From the NCBI GenBank assembly GCA_037130135.1, contig JBAXTO010000002.1, positions 288,695 through 352,694 on the forward strand: a stretch of 64,000 nucleotides of DNA, read 5' to 3'. Positions 50,220 to 60,008 of the stretch are shown here, in pieces. Source of the stretch: Bacteroidota bacterium. Its GTDB lineage: Bacteria; Bacteroidota; Bacteroidia; Chitinophagales; CAMDFR01. The position numbers and the translations under genes are program-made. Numbering within the stretch: the stretch's first letter is position 1; each line of letters opens with the position of its first letter. A model generated the notes under the pieces. That model searched no databases. It was not told where the DNA came from and was given only the letters and a program-made list of their open reading frames with translations.

Positions 50220-51642
50220 AGCAATAATGAAGTATCTGCTTATAGGTATTGTACTTCTACAACTAAGTGCTTGTAAGCTTTTCAAAGAGCCTATACGAAC
50301 TGAAAATAAAAAAGTACCCAATGCCTATACGAATATCATTGATACTACTTCTGGCAATGTAGCTAAAGTAAAATGGCGTAATTATTTTACTGATCCTAAT
50401 TTGGTTGCATTGATTGATACTGCCTTAAAAAATAATCAGGAGTTGAATATTACGATGCAAGAAATTAAAATTGCAGTGAATGAAATCAAAGCTAAGAAAG
50501 GAGCCTATCTTCCAAACTTAGGTGTTGGATTAGCTGCAGGTGCTGATAAATCTGGTAAATACACCTGGGATGGCTTAGCTGAAGAAGATAATAAAGCACA
50601 TCCAGGTGTAAATCCAAAGTATATTGGTGATTTTAATTTAAGTGCTATTTTTTCTTGGGAATTAGATATTTGGAAAAAACTACGCAATGAAAAAAATGCA
50701 GCAGTATCCAGATATTTAGCGAGTGTAGAAGGCAAAAATTTTATGGTAAGTAATTTAGTTGCTGAAATAGCCAATACCTATTATGAATTGGAAGCGCTCG
50801 ACAATCAATTAGCGATTATACAACAGAATATTAGCATACAAGAAAATGCCTTGCATATTATCAAACAACAAAAAGATGCAGGACGAGAAACCCAATTAGC
50901 GGTAAATAGATTTGAAGCACAATTATTAAACACAAAGAATTTGCAATATGATATTTTGCAACAGATCACCGAGACAGAAAATGAAATTAATTTTTTGACT
51001 GCTCGTTTCCCTGCACCTATTGTTAGAAGTGATGTGGCATTCAACAGTTTAGTATTCGATTCAATTTCAGCAGGTGTGCCTAGTCAATTATTAGAAAATC
51101 GTCCAGATATCCGTCAGGCCGAACAACAATTAGCGGCTGCCAAATTAGATGTAAAAGTGGCGAAGGCGAATTTTTATCCGAATATTCGAATCTCTGCTGC
51201 ATTAGGTTTTCAAGCCTTTAATCCGGCTGTATGGTTTAAACCTGAGTCTATTTTGTATAATATTATTGGTGATTTATTTGCCCCATTGGTAAATCGAAAT
51301 GAAATTAAAGCCAACTATCAAAGTTCTAGAGCTAAGCAAGTACAGGCTGTTATAAGCTATGAGCAAACTATATTAAAAGCGTTTTTAGAAGTAGAAAATC
51401 AACTTTCAAGTATCAATAACTATACAAAAAGTTATGAAACAAAATCTAATGAAGTGGAAATTTTAAATAACTCCATTACTATTTCTGATAATTTATTCAA
51501 ATCTGCAAAGGCTGATTATTTAGAAGTTTTATTGACACAACGAGAAGCCTTAGAATCAAAAATGGAATTGATTGAGATTAAGAAAAAACAATTACATGCA
51601 GAAGTGAGTATATACAAAGCACTTGGTGGTGGTTGGAACTAA
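50209..51642 (+). CDS. efflux transporter outer-membrane factor (TolC/NodT family lipoprotein)
   Basis: Lipobox (LSAC), duplicated alpha-helical/beta-barrel repeats, and a C-terminal ALGGGW. Confidence 0.85.
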   Translation: MKNKAIMKYLLIGIVLLQLSACKLFKEPIRTENKKVPNAYTNIIDTTSGNVAKVKWRNYFTDPNLVALIDTALKNNQELNITMQEIKIAVNEIKAKKGAYLPNLGVGLAAGADKSGKYTWDGLAEEDNKAHPGVNPKYIGDFNLSAIFSWELDIWKKLRNEKNAAVSRYLASVEGKNFMVSNLVAEIANTYYELEALDNQLAIIQQNISIQENALHIIKQQKDAGRETQLAVNRFEAQLLNTKNLQYDILQQITETENEINFLTARFPAPIVRSDVAFNSLVFDSISAGVPSQLLENRPDIRQAEQQLAAAKLDVKVAKANFYPNIRISAALGFQAFNPAVWFKPESILYNIIGDLFAPLVNRNEIKANYQSSRAKQVQAVISYEQTILKAFLEVENQLSSINNYTKSYETKSNEVEILNNSITISDNLFKSAKADYLEVLLTQREALESKMELIEIKKKQLHAEVSIYKALGGGWN

Positions 51643-51661
51643 TACTTAAATAGCACTACAC

Positions 51662-51698
51662 AAAAAAACCTGTTATAATTAAATAACAGGTTTTTTTA
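51662..51698. terminator. bidirectional rho-independent terminator
   Basis: Stem acctgttat/ataacaggt with a 6-nt loop, flanked by A7 upstream and T7 downstream. It lies between convergent genes. Confidence 0.75.
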
Positions 51699-51721
51699 TA
51701 TATTATATTAACTATATACTA

Positions 51722-52822
51722 CTACCATCTAGGGCAGAATAATGTTTTAGCTTTTCTACCTGGGAAGAAACCTTGATAGGCTGCAAATATTTCCCATGCA
51801 CCTTTTGAACGTGAGGCAAGTTTATCGTGACCCACATTGATATCATATGAAATACCAAGAGTAATATGTTTATATTCTAATTTTGCAGGTAGAATAACCG
51901 ATTCAGAATTGATGACTCTATCTTTCCAAACTGCTTTCGTATCACCACCATTAATACGATATAAAACACCTAATGAAAAACCATCTTCACTTTCATCATC
52001 AAAAAATTTCACTTTGACATCAGTACCTATATTAGTTTGCCATTGAACACCTTGATAAAGCACTACAAATTTGGGACTTACACTAAAAAAATCTCCAATT
52101 GGAATAGTAACTCCACCATGACCTACAAATTTGTAAGGCACTTTTGCCTCTGTTCCACTGCCTTTATAAAATGATTCATCATAACGATTTACGTGATGCA
52201 TAGCAAAGCCTAAATAAGCATTTCCTCTATCCATCATTTTCATGTACCATAATAAACCAAAATTAACATCGTACATTAAAAATTTATCATCAAATTGCTG
52301 GTATAATGAAGGATCAGTTGGCAAACTATAATTACAACCTGTGCCATCATAATTGGTTCCGAAACATAATAATGATGTATTTAATGATCGTTGCCACACG
52401 CCCCCTTGAAAACCTAGAGTAATAACTTGAGTAGCTCGTCTATTTAATGCTTTATGATAGGCTAATGAACCTAGAATGCCTATAGTTCCGAAATTAACTG
52501 CACCTGCTTTATCAGCTTGCATAGCCAAACCGAATCCAAAAGCATCACCATCCATAAATGCTTTATTAGTTCTAAAATCTACTGCTGCAGAATAGGTTCT
52601 AAAAGTAGGTGTACCTTTTTTATCTAGGGCATTTCCAGCTAATACGCTACCCCATTGACCTCTAAATATACCTGATACACGATAATTGCCTGAGAAAGCA
52701 CCCGTCATAGCAGGATTTAAGGTAAGTGGTGAAGCATAAAACATACTATATTGAGGGTCTTGTGCTCTGGAAAGCATAGTAACACAAGTAATAAAGCTAA
52801 GAAGGAGTATAATTCTTTTCAT
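51722..52822 (-). CDS. PorP/SprF family type IX secretion system membrane protein
   Basis: Signal peptide followed by QDPQYSMFYASPLTLNPAMTG, the hallmark PorP/SprF N-terminus. 366-aa beta-barrel. Confidence 0.8.
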   Translation of the reverse strand: MKRIILLLSFITCVTMLSRAQDPQYSMFYASPLTLNPAMTGAFSGNYRVSGIFRGQWGSVLAGNALDKKGTPTFRTYSAAVDFRTNKAFMDGDAFGFGLAMQADKAGAVNFGTIGILGSLAYHKALNRRATQVITLGFQGGVWQRSLNTSLLCFGTNYDGTGCNYSLPTDPSLYQQFDDKFLMYDVNFGLLWYMKMMDRGNAYLGFAMHHVNRYDESFYKGSGTEAKVPYKFVGHGGVTIPIGDFFSVSPKFVVLYQGVQWQTNIGTDVKVKFFDDESEDGFSLGVLYRINGGDTKAVWKDRVINSESVILPAKLEYKHITLGISYDINVGHDKLASRSKGAWEIFAAYQGFFPGRKAKTLFCPRW

Positions 52823-53022
52823 GTATTATATCTTATAAATTCCTGTTTTGTTTTAATTCGACTTTAACGCTGTTTACAGAATGTTTATTGTTATAAACAG
52901 TTTGTAAACATACATATCTTTTATAAAGATACATCAAATTTTTTTAGATTTATACAATTCTGCCCATAAAAAGCTTATTATTTGGATATTTGCAATCTGA
53001 AATAATAAAATATATATAAAAC

Positions 53023-54798
53023 ATGAATGCATCTACACATTATCGTTCTCATAATTGTGGCGAACTTACAGAAAAGAACATTGATAAAGAGGTAACTATT
53101 TGTGGCTGGGTAGCCAAAGTGCGTGATTTTGGTGGTCTTACCTTTGTAGATATTCGAGATCGATATGGCATTACTCAATTGGCATTTAATATAGAAACCA
53201 ATGAAGCTTTATGTTTAAAAGCTCGTGGTTTAGGTCGTGAGTATGTGGTGCAAGCCAAAGGAAAAGTGATTGAGCGTAGCAATAAGAACAAAAATATTGC
53301 AACCGGTGATATTGAAATTGAGGTTACTGATTTACAGATACTTAATGAATCTATTACTCCTCCATTTACAATAGAAAACGATACAGATGGTGGAGAGGAA
53401 CTTAGAATGAAATATCGATACTTAGATATTCGTCGCCCTATTTTAAATGAACGATTAGTGACTCGTGCTAGAGTAGTTAAAGCTATGCGTGCGTATTTGG
53501 ATGAAAGAGATTTTACTGAAATTGAAACCCCTGTATTGATTAAAAGTACTCCTGAAGGAGCGCGCGATTTCTTAGTTCCTTCACGTATGCAACCAGGTAA
53601 TTTTTATGCCTTACCTCAGAGCCCTCAAATATTAAAACAGCTATTGATGGTAGCAGGGATGGACCGTTATTACCAAGTGGTAAAGTGTTATAGAGATGAA
53701 GATTTTAGAGGAGATCGTCAACCAGAATTTACGCAACTCGATTGCGAAATGAGTTTTGTAAATCAAGAAGATGTTTTACAAACCTTTGAAGGATTGACCA
53801 AATATGTATTCAAAGAAATTAAAAATATTGACTTACCTGATATTATTCGATTGCCTTATGCTGATGCGATTAAATATTATGGCAGTGATAAACCTGATTT
53901 ACGATTTGATTGTAAAATCATAGATATTGATGCATTAGATGCTATTAAAAACAATAGTTTCCCATTGTTTCAAAATGCAAGTACTGCTAAACATATGGTA
54001 TCTGCAATAGTTGCAAAAGGTTGTGCTGCTATGAGCAGAAAACAAACTGATGAAATGGTAGATTATGTAAAGATGCCCAATAGAGGATTAAGCGGCTTGA
54101 TTCAAATTAAGGTAAATGAAGATGGAACCATCAAATCTACTATTGATAAATTCATGAATGAAACACAGTTGCAAGAAATTGCACAAGCAGTTCAAGCCGA
54201 AAAAGGCGATTTGATTTTGATAGCAGTAGAGAAAGAATCAAAAGTGCGAAAAGCATTAGGTGATTTACGATTGGAATTAGCGAAAAAACAAAATTGGATT
54301 GATAAAGACAAATGGTCTTTATTATGGATTGTAGATTTCCCTTTGTTTGAATTAGATGAAGAAACAGGTGCCATCATATTTGTTCACCATCCGTTCTGTA
54401 ATATACATCCAGAGGATGTTGCCTATTTTGATACTGACCCTTTAAAATGTAGAGCACAACAATACGATTTAGTCATTAATGGTGCTGAATGTTTAAGTGG
54501 AAGTATACGTATTCACAATAAAGAATTGCAAGACAAAGTATTTCAAAAATTAGGATTTAGTGAAGCGGAGAAAGAGGAACGATTTGGATTTATGGTCAAT
54601 GCCTTTCAATATGGAGCACCTCCGCATGGTGGCTGTGCATTTGGGGTTGATAGATGGGTAGCATTATTGACCGGAGCAGAGGTAATTCGTGATGTAATCG
54701 CTTTCCCTAAAAACAATTCAGGTAGAGATTTAATGATGGATGCACCAAGTGTGGTTGATCCGAAACAGTTAAAAGAGTTAGGGATCAATATTCAATAA
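53023..54798 (+). CDS. aspS: aspartate--tRNA ligase
   Basis: 591 aa. Class II motifs (FRGDRQPEFTQLD, GGCAFGVDR) and an OB-fold N-terminus. Confidence 0.95.
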   Translation: MNASTHYRSHNCGELTEKNIDKEVTICGWVAKVRDFGGLTFVDIRDRYGITQLAFNIETNEALCLKARGLGREYVVQAKGKVIERSNKNKNIATGDIEIEVTDLQILNESITPPFTIENDTDGGEELRMKYRYLDIRRPILNERLVTRARVVKAMRAYLDERDFTEIETPVLIKSTPEGARDFLVPSRMQPGNFYALPQSPQILKQLLMVAGMDRYYQVVKCYRDEDFRGDRQPEFTQLDCEMSFVNQEDVLQTFEGLTKYVFKEIKNIDLPDIIRLPYADAIKYYGSDKPDLRFDCKIIDIDALDAIKNNSFPLFQNASTAKHMVSAIVAKGCAAMSRKQTDEMVDYVKMPNRGLSGLIQIKVNEDGTIKSTIDKFMNETQLQEIAQAVQAEKGDLILIAVEKESKVRKALGDLRLELAKKQNWIDKDKWSLLWIVDFPLFELDEETGAIIFVHHPFCNIHPEDVAYFDTDPLKCRAQQYDLVINGAECLSGSIRIHNKELQDKVFQKLGFSEAEKEERFGFMVNAFQYGAPPHGGCAFGVDRWVALLTGAEVIRDVIAFPKNNSGRDLMMDAPSVVDPKQLKELGINIQ

Positions 54799-54816
54799 AA
54801 AAATACTGATTATAAG

Positions 54817-54850
54817 AAAGGCGATTCATTAATGAATCGCCTTTCTTTGT
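54817..54850. terminator. bidirectional rho-independent terminator after aspS
   Basis: Perfect 14-nt arms aaaggcgattcatt/aatgaatcgccttt followed by a T-rich tract. Confidence 0.75.
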
Positions 54851-54864
54851 TTGATTAAATGCAA

Positions 54865-55275
54865 TTATGGTCTTACGTATACTTGAATGTTTTTAGTGGT
54901 GGTTGCTTCATCATGATCTTCTGCGCTTATTTCAACAGTTACTGGAGTAAGAGTAGTAATTCCTGTGAAAGAATAATGTTCATGATAGTTATATGATTTT
55001 AAATCATGTACACTAGTAGTAGTATCAGCAAAATAAGTAGTAGAAGCATCTTTAATTTTTACCGATAAATAATGTAGTGCGTCGTCATCTGAAACGGTAA
55101 ATTCGACATGTAATTCAGGATCGCTAGCTATAGTAATCGTATCATTATTACTAGGTTCTAGTATAGCAATTTCTGGTGCTTTATTTTCTTTCTTACATGA
55201 AGAAGTGAGCGTGCTGATAAAAAAGATACTGATACTTAAAATGCTTAAAATTAAAATTGATTTGAATGATTTCAT
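54865..55275 (-). CDS. small Ig-like lipoprotein (DUF4625-like candidate)
   Basis: Lipobox (LTSSC), 136 aa, beta-rich, with a His-rich patch YNYHEHY. Confidence 0.35.
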   Translation of the reverse strand: MKSFKSILILSILSISIFFISTLTSSCKKENKAPEIAILEPSNNDTITIASDPELHVEFTVSDDDALHYLSVKIKDASTTYFADTTTSVHDLKSYNYHEHYSFTGITTLTPVTVEISAEDHDEATTTKNIQVYVRP

Positions 55276-55309
55276 TTTTTTGTTTTTGTTTTTATGATTA
55301 AGAAATATT

Positions 55310-56221
55310 TTAAAAATTGATTAAGAAATTAGCCATCCATCTAGGTTGACTAATGATTTGTTTATTTGCATAATTTTGATAAAGTGGTAATAGTGATTTC
55401 ACACCAAATCCGAACCGTGCAATATAAATATCTAAGCCAGGAAGGGCATACAAGGCATTCCCTCCACTTTGTGTTATGATTGCTTTCATTTTACTATCGC
55501 TTTGTGCCTGTTCGAATTGAAGGCCTAATTGAGGAAGCAGTGATACTTTCTTTTTCGAAATCCAGTAAAACAAACTTACTGTGCTGGTAAATCTGTTGCC
55601 AAAATGATAGTGTAGATTATTTGATAGATTGTATTTGTAATTTAACTCTGTATTGAATCCAATACTTTTTCTGCGCAAGGTATAAATCATATCTATAATA
55701 AAATCTGCACTACCGGTTCCGTTTTGCAAATTAGGATTAAAATCTGTTTCGCCTTTATGCACTTTTTGATAAGTACCTAATGGCAATTTGATTCCTGCTC
55801 CTGCCAATAAGCTATGTTTTATAGGGCTTGTAGAATGTTGTGCGGTATTTACAATTACATAGTTCGCTATAATTGTTGGGTCGCCCATTCCATTGGATTG
55901 ATAGCTTGTATTTCCTTCTTTTTGTGAAAAAATATTATATGGTAATATTATGAAGAGTTGTACTTTTTTAGAAGGATAGAAACGTGCAAAAAATTCTAAG
56001 GTGCTATAATTTTCTTTCGAATAATTTACTCCTTTTAAAGTACTATGTGTCATATACGACGTAAAACTTCTTTGATACAAACGTATCCCTACAAAATGAT
56101 TATTATATTGGGGTAAAATTCCTATTGAGCTTCCTCCTGCTGAGCAACCACAGGTACTGCAGGCTTTTACCTGTAACACTTGTAGCAGCCAAAGAGAAAT
56201 AATAAATACTATTTTCTTCAT
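55310..56221 (-). CDS. outer-membrane beta-barrel protein with an N-terminal CxxCxC motif
   Basis: The signal peptide ends VKA and is followed at once by CSTCGCSAGG. The rest has an alternating beta-strand pattern ending in F. Confidence 0.45.
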   Translation of the reverse strand: MKKIVFIISLWLLQVLQVKACSTCGCSAGGSSIGILPQYNNHFVGIRLYQRSFTSYMTHSTLKGVNYSKENYSTLEFFARFYPSKKVQLFIILPYNIFSQKEGNTSYQSNGMGDPTIIANYVIVNTAQHSTSPIKHSLLAGAGIKLPLGTYQKVHKGETDFNPNLQNGTGSADFIIDMIYTLRRKSIGFNTELNYKYNLSNNLHYHFGNRFTSTVSLFYWISKKKVSLLPQLGLQFEQAQSDSKMKAIITQSGGNALYALPGLDIYIARFGFGVKSLLPLYQNYANKQIISQPRWMANFLINF

Positions 56222-56286
56222 GCTATTTTATTTAATAATTATATCATTCATCCCATATAATGGAATGTATCTATATGGCTATTAAA

Positions 56287-56673
56287 TTAAGCTTGTGGTG
56301 GTGGAGAAATGACCGGTATTGATTGTTCGGTATAAGGGATTAAAACAAAGTTTGAGAACTGTTTTGTTGTAAATATTATCTGTTTGTCAAACGTAAAGCG
56401 TATTAGCGAAACATTCGTATAAAGCTCTGAGTTTATCGTAATGATGGGTGTTGCAGATTTCTCGTCGTTGCTTGTTTTGGATAATTGACTTTTTAAATGA
56501 CATTTTCCGTTACAATGCAATTGAGGTTTATTTTTATTGATACAGTAGGTTTGAGTAATATATTGCGTATTGAGTAAATAATTGCTGAGTACGAACGATT
56601 GAATAATCGTTTGACTAAATAAGGTACAAGCAAGCAATATAACTAGTATTTTTTTCAATATACAAATGTACAA
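56287..56673 (-). CDS. hypothetical small membrane protein with a C-x10-HC-x3-C-H motif
   Basis: No ATG start is available; TTG occurs at 56673 or 56658 (the latter gives MKKILVILLAC). One TM helix, then YCINKNKPQLHCNGKCHL. Confidence 0.4.
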   Translation of the reverse strand: MYICILKKILVILLACTLFSQTIIQSFVLSNYLLNTQYITQTYCINKNKPQLHCNGKCHLKSQLSKTSNDEKSATPIITINSELYTNVSLIRFTFDKQIIFTTKQFSNFVLIPYTEQSIPVISPPPQA

Positions 56674-56705
56674 CTAACTTGAAAAAGATACTAAAATAAA
56701 TGCAT

Positions 56706-57368
56706 CTATTTTAATTGATCTTTATATTCTTTTCTAAACTTCTCAACTTTAGGACTGATTACATACACACAATATCCTTGATTAGGATTGGTTTTATAAT
56801 AGTTTTGATGATAATCTTCCGCTTTATAAAAAACACTTAAAGGTTCAAGTGTTGTAACGATTGGATTAGGCCAAATTTTTTGAATAGAAGCTTCTAATTT
56901 AGATTTTTCAGCAATTTGTTTTTCTTCTTCATTTGCATAAAAAATTACTGATCTGTATTGCGTTCCGGCATCGTTTCCTTGTTTGTTTAAAGTAGTGGGA
57001 TCATGCACATGCCAGAAAATATCTACGATATCTTTAAATGTAATAATCTTCGGATTGTAGGTAAGCTTTATCACTTCAGCGTGTCCGGTGGTACCTGTAC
57101 ATACGTCTTTATAACTCGGATTTTTCATACTACCACCACAATAGCCACTTTCTACTTTTTCAATTCCTTTTAAATCTTGATAAACAGCTTCTGTACACCA
57201 AAAGCAACCGCCACCAATTATAATGGTTTTAAACGTTGTTGTGCTATCAGTTGCAGTAACAGAAGGAGTATTAGAGGTTTGCATAGTAGTCGAATTTTTA
57301 GTTTTGCAAGAGGTGTTGAATAACAAAGAGCTTAAAAAGATAATTATAAATTGATACATGTTTTTCAT
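56706..57368 (-). CDS. msrA: peptide-methionine (S)-S-oxide reductase (exported form)
   Basis: GGGCFWC active-site motif. Signal/lipoprotein N-terminus. Confidence 0.9.
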   Translation of the reverse strand: MKNMYQFIIIFLSSLLFNTSCKTKNSTTMQTSNTPSVTATDSTTTFKTIIIGGGCFWCTEAVYQDLKGIEKVESGYCGGSMKNPSYKDVCTGTTGHAEVIKLTYNPKIITFKDIVDIFWHVHDPTTLNKQGNDAGTQYRSVIFYANEEEKQIAEKSKLEASIQKIWPNPIVTTLEPLSVFYKAEDYHQNYYKTNPNQGYCVYVISPKVEKFRKEYKDQLK

Positions 57369-57457
57369 TTGAGTGGCAAGGTTAGCAATAATTAGGATAA
57401 CAAGTATTTATCTTAAATGTTTTTAACGCTTTATTGAAAATGAGGCATGTACTAGAT

Positions 57458-58078
57458 TTAATTGCTCAAATAATTTTCATATGGCAATCTTCCAGAGAAG
57501 GAACGAGCCAATGTTAAATCATCGGTATATTCGAGCTCTCCACCAAATGCAATACCCCGAGAAATAGAGGTGATACTGATATTTTTGTCTTTGCTCAGTT
57601 TTGTGATATAAAATATAGTGGTATCTCCTTCCATGGTTGGGTTTAAGGCCATGATTAATTCTTTACAAGCGCCTTGTTCAATTCTACTCATTAAGCTTGC
57701 AATATTTAATTGGTCGGGACCAATGCCATCAACAGGTGAAATAATACCTCCTAATACATGATATAGTCCGTTATAAACGCCTGTATTTTCTATCGCAATA
57801 ATATCCCTTATATTTTCGACAATACAAATTTTTGATTGGTCTCGTCTGTTATCTATACAAATGGTGCAAATTTGTTCGTCAGATACGTTATGGCACGTAG
57901 AGCAGAATTTAATTTCATTACGCATACGTTCAATAGCAGTAGAAAAAGAAGAGACCTGATCCTTCTCTTGTTTCAATAAATGCAATACTAAGCGTAATGC
58001 TGTTTTCTCTCCTATACCTGGAAGTTTTGAAAAAGATGCCACAGCATCTGCTATTAATTTAGAAGGGAATTGCATCAT
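57458..58078 (-). CDS. recR: recombination protein RecR
   Basis: HhH motif LPGIGEKTALR, a C4 zinc finger CSTCHN...CTIC, and a Toprim domain. Confidence 0.95.
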   Translation of the reverse strand: MMQFPSKLIADAVASFSKLPGIGEKTALRLVLHLLKQEKDQVSSFSTAIERMRNEIKFCSTCHNVSDEQICTICIDNRRDQSKICIVENIRDIIAIENTGVYNGLYHVLGGIISPVDGIGPDQLNIASLMSRIEQGACKELIMALNPTMEGDTTIFYITKLSKDKNISITSISRGIAFGGELEYTDDLTLARSFSGRLPYENYLSN

Positions 58079-58098
58079 AATTTCTTTGCAAAATTATT

Positions 58099-58953
58099 TC
58101 ATTCTAGTACAACATCCTCAACTTTATATCCTTTTTTTCTCAACAAATTAATCAGTCCGTTTTCTCCTCCTAAATGTCCGGCTCCAACAGCTACTAAAGT
58201 AGGCTTATCAGCCAATAGTGGTATCATTCGAGCCAACATACGTTCATTTCGTTCATCTAATAAATTTTGTATCTCAGTAGGTGACATTTGTTTGATGAGA
58301 TAATCATATAAAAGTGCCACATCATTTTTCATATATAAAGAAGTTGAAAGATCTACTAGCTTTATTGAATCAGCATGAATAAATTCTTTTAAAGCTTGTA
58401 CTTGTTCTTCTAATGGAATACTCAATAAAGAAGACATTTGTTCATTCATAGTTTCTAATCCTTCTACCTTCAATTTCTTTTTTTTCGCTTGTGATTGTAG
58501 GGCTATATCCATATAAAGAGCGTCGGTACTATCTTTATTATCAAGTGTATTCATCTCGATGAAAGCTTGAATGATAATAGGTTGAAATTTTTTTACAAAA
58601 TCAATGGGTATCTTTGCATTTTGATTCAGGTACTGAGTTAAACTGATATATTCTTCTGTGCTTAAATAATCTTGAATACTTTTATTATCAGGCAACGTCA
58701 TTTGATTCACCATACTTAACATCGCCAATGAGTTTTCCATTTTTACTTCTAGTGCATAGGTTTTACAATGTGGTAATAAGGCTTTTGCTTTTTCAAATAT
58801 AGGTACTGAATCTTGATATAATATATGAATAGTTCCAAGTAAATAGGAAGGGTCTTTCACATTTTTTCCGCTTATTTTAAGTAGAAGTGATTGGGCGAAA
58901 ATGGCAGAAGAAGATAAAACTAATACGATTAATAACAGGATACTTTTTTTCAT
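58099..58953 (-). CDS. TraB/GumN family protein
   Basis: Signal peptide, a GTIH motif (LLGTIHIL) and a C-terminal VAVGAGHLGGENG. Confidence 0.75.
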   Translation of the reverse strand: MKKSILLLIVLVLSSSAIFAQSLLLKISGKNVKDPSYLLGTIHILYQDSVPIFEKAKALLPHCKTYALEVKMENSLAMLSMVNQMTLPDNKSIQDYLSTEEYISLTQYLNQNAKIPIDFVKKFQPIIIQAFIEMNTLDNKDSTDALYMDIALQSQAKKKKLKVEGLETMNEQMSSLLSIPLEEQVQALKEFIHADSIKLVDLSTSLYMKNDVALLYDYLIKQMSPTEIQNLLDERNERMLARMIPLLADKPTLVAVGAGHLGGENGLINLLRKKGYKVEDVVLE

Positions 58954-60008
58954 GAATAATTTTTATGAAAATAGATAGGTATAGCTATAACACCCATCAA
59001 TAAATAGATATGGTAACTTAAAAAACGCCAAATCAAAGTGGCTACCTGAATTAATTTATTGGGTATAAATTGACATAGCAATGCTAAGAAAGAAATTTCT
59101 GCAACACCAATTCCTCCTGGAGAGAGAGGCAATATGCTTAAGGTTCTAATAAAATATAATTTAGAATATACATCTAAAACATTAGGGAATTGTTTCATCA
59201 TAGATGCAATCACAAAAAACGCTAGAATATAACGTGCGCTCCATGAACAAAAAGTAAAAAATATGGCTTGTAACCAAAAGTTAATACTTTTTGATTTTGC
59301 TTCTTTAGAAGCGATTACGATATCTGTTCCGGCCTGATTTAATTGGGTTTGCCATCTATTAATCAAGGGTAAATTCCCTAGTATTTGATAGGCTTTTTGC
59401 AAACTTTTGGCATTCATAAAAAGCCCATAAAATAAAACCAAATACACTATCAATAAAAAAGTATACACTATTAAAATCAAACTTTTGAAATAAGGTATTA
59501 ATTCTAAAAAGGCTTTATTATCAATACAAGTAATATTAATCTGAAAAAAGTTTGCTCCTACTAAAATATATAAAACTGGCAGTAGAATAATAAAAATTAA
59601 TTCATCTAAAAAAGCTGTTATAAGAATAATTGATGTGCTTTTTCCTAAGGATATCTTTTCCTTTTGTAATAAAAAAACTGCAGCAATGGGTCCTCCGAAT
59701 GCACTTGGAGTAACAGCACTTGCAAACTCCCACAGAATTACAATTTGTATCAATTTACCCCATGAAATAATTCGATCTGTAAGTAAACGTAATCGAAAGA
59801 CATAATTTGCGTCACGAATGATAAACAGCAAAACAGCAAATACCATAAAAACAATAAATCGAGTATTTATTTCGATAGATTGAATTAAAGACCAAGAAAT
59901 ATCTTTTCCGATATACAGGGCAATGAGTACACTTAACAATAAAGGCAAAAGTGCTTTGTATGCACTAAAAGAAAAAGTCTTAGAGGAATTATTCGGCTGG
60001 GCTTTCAC
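58950..60008 (-). CDS. lysylphosphatidylglycerol-synthase-TM-region (flippase-like, UPF0104) membrane protein
   Basis: 352 aa with about 8 TM helices and a conserved-looking PLSPGGIGVAE segment. Confidence 0.55.
   Translation of the reverse strand: MKAQPNNSSKTFSFSAYKALLPLLLSVLIALYIGKDISWSLIQSIEINTRFIVFMVFAVLLFIIRDANYVFRLRLLTDRIISWGKLIQIVILWEFASAVTPSAFGGPIAAVFLLQKEKISLGKSTSIILITAFLDELIFIILLPVLYILVGANFFQINITCIDNKAFLELIPYFKSLILIVYTFLLIVYLVLFYGLFMNAKSLQKAYQILGNLPLINRWQTQLNQAGTDIVIASKEAKSKSINFWLQAIFFTFCSWSARYILAFFVIASMMKQFPNVLDVYSKLYFIRTLSILPLSPGGIGVAEISFLALLCQFIPNKLIQVATLIWRFLSYHIYLLMGVIAIPIYFHKNYS

Noticed and set aside
52978-53178. 66-aa minus-strand ORF overlapping the aspS start.
   Set aside because: It overlaps the well-supported aspS N-terminus in antisense and has no supporting features.
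58070-58303. 77-aa plus-strand ORF overlapping the recR start and the TraB/GumN C-terminus.
   Set aside because: It is antisense to two recognisable genes, so it is a shadow ORF.
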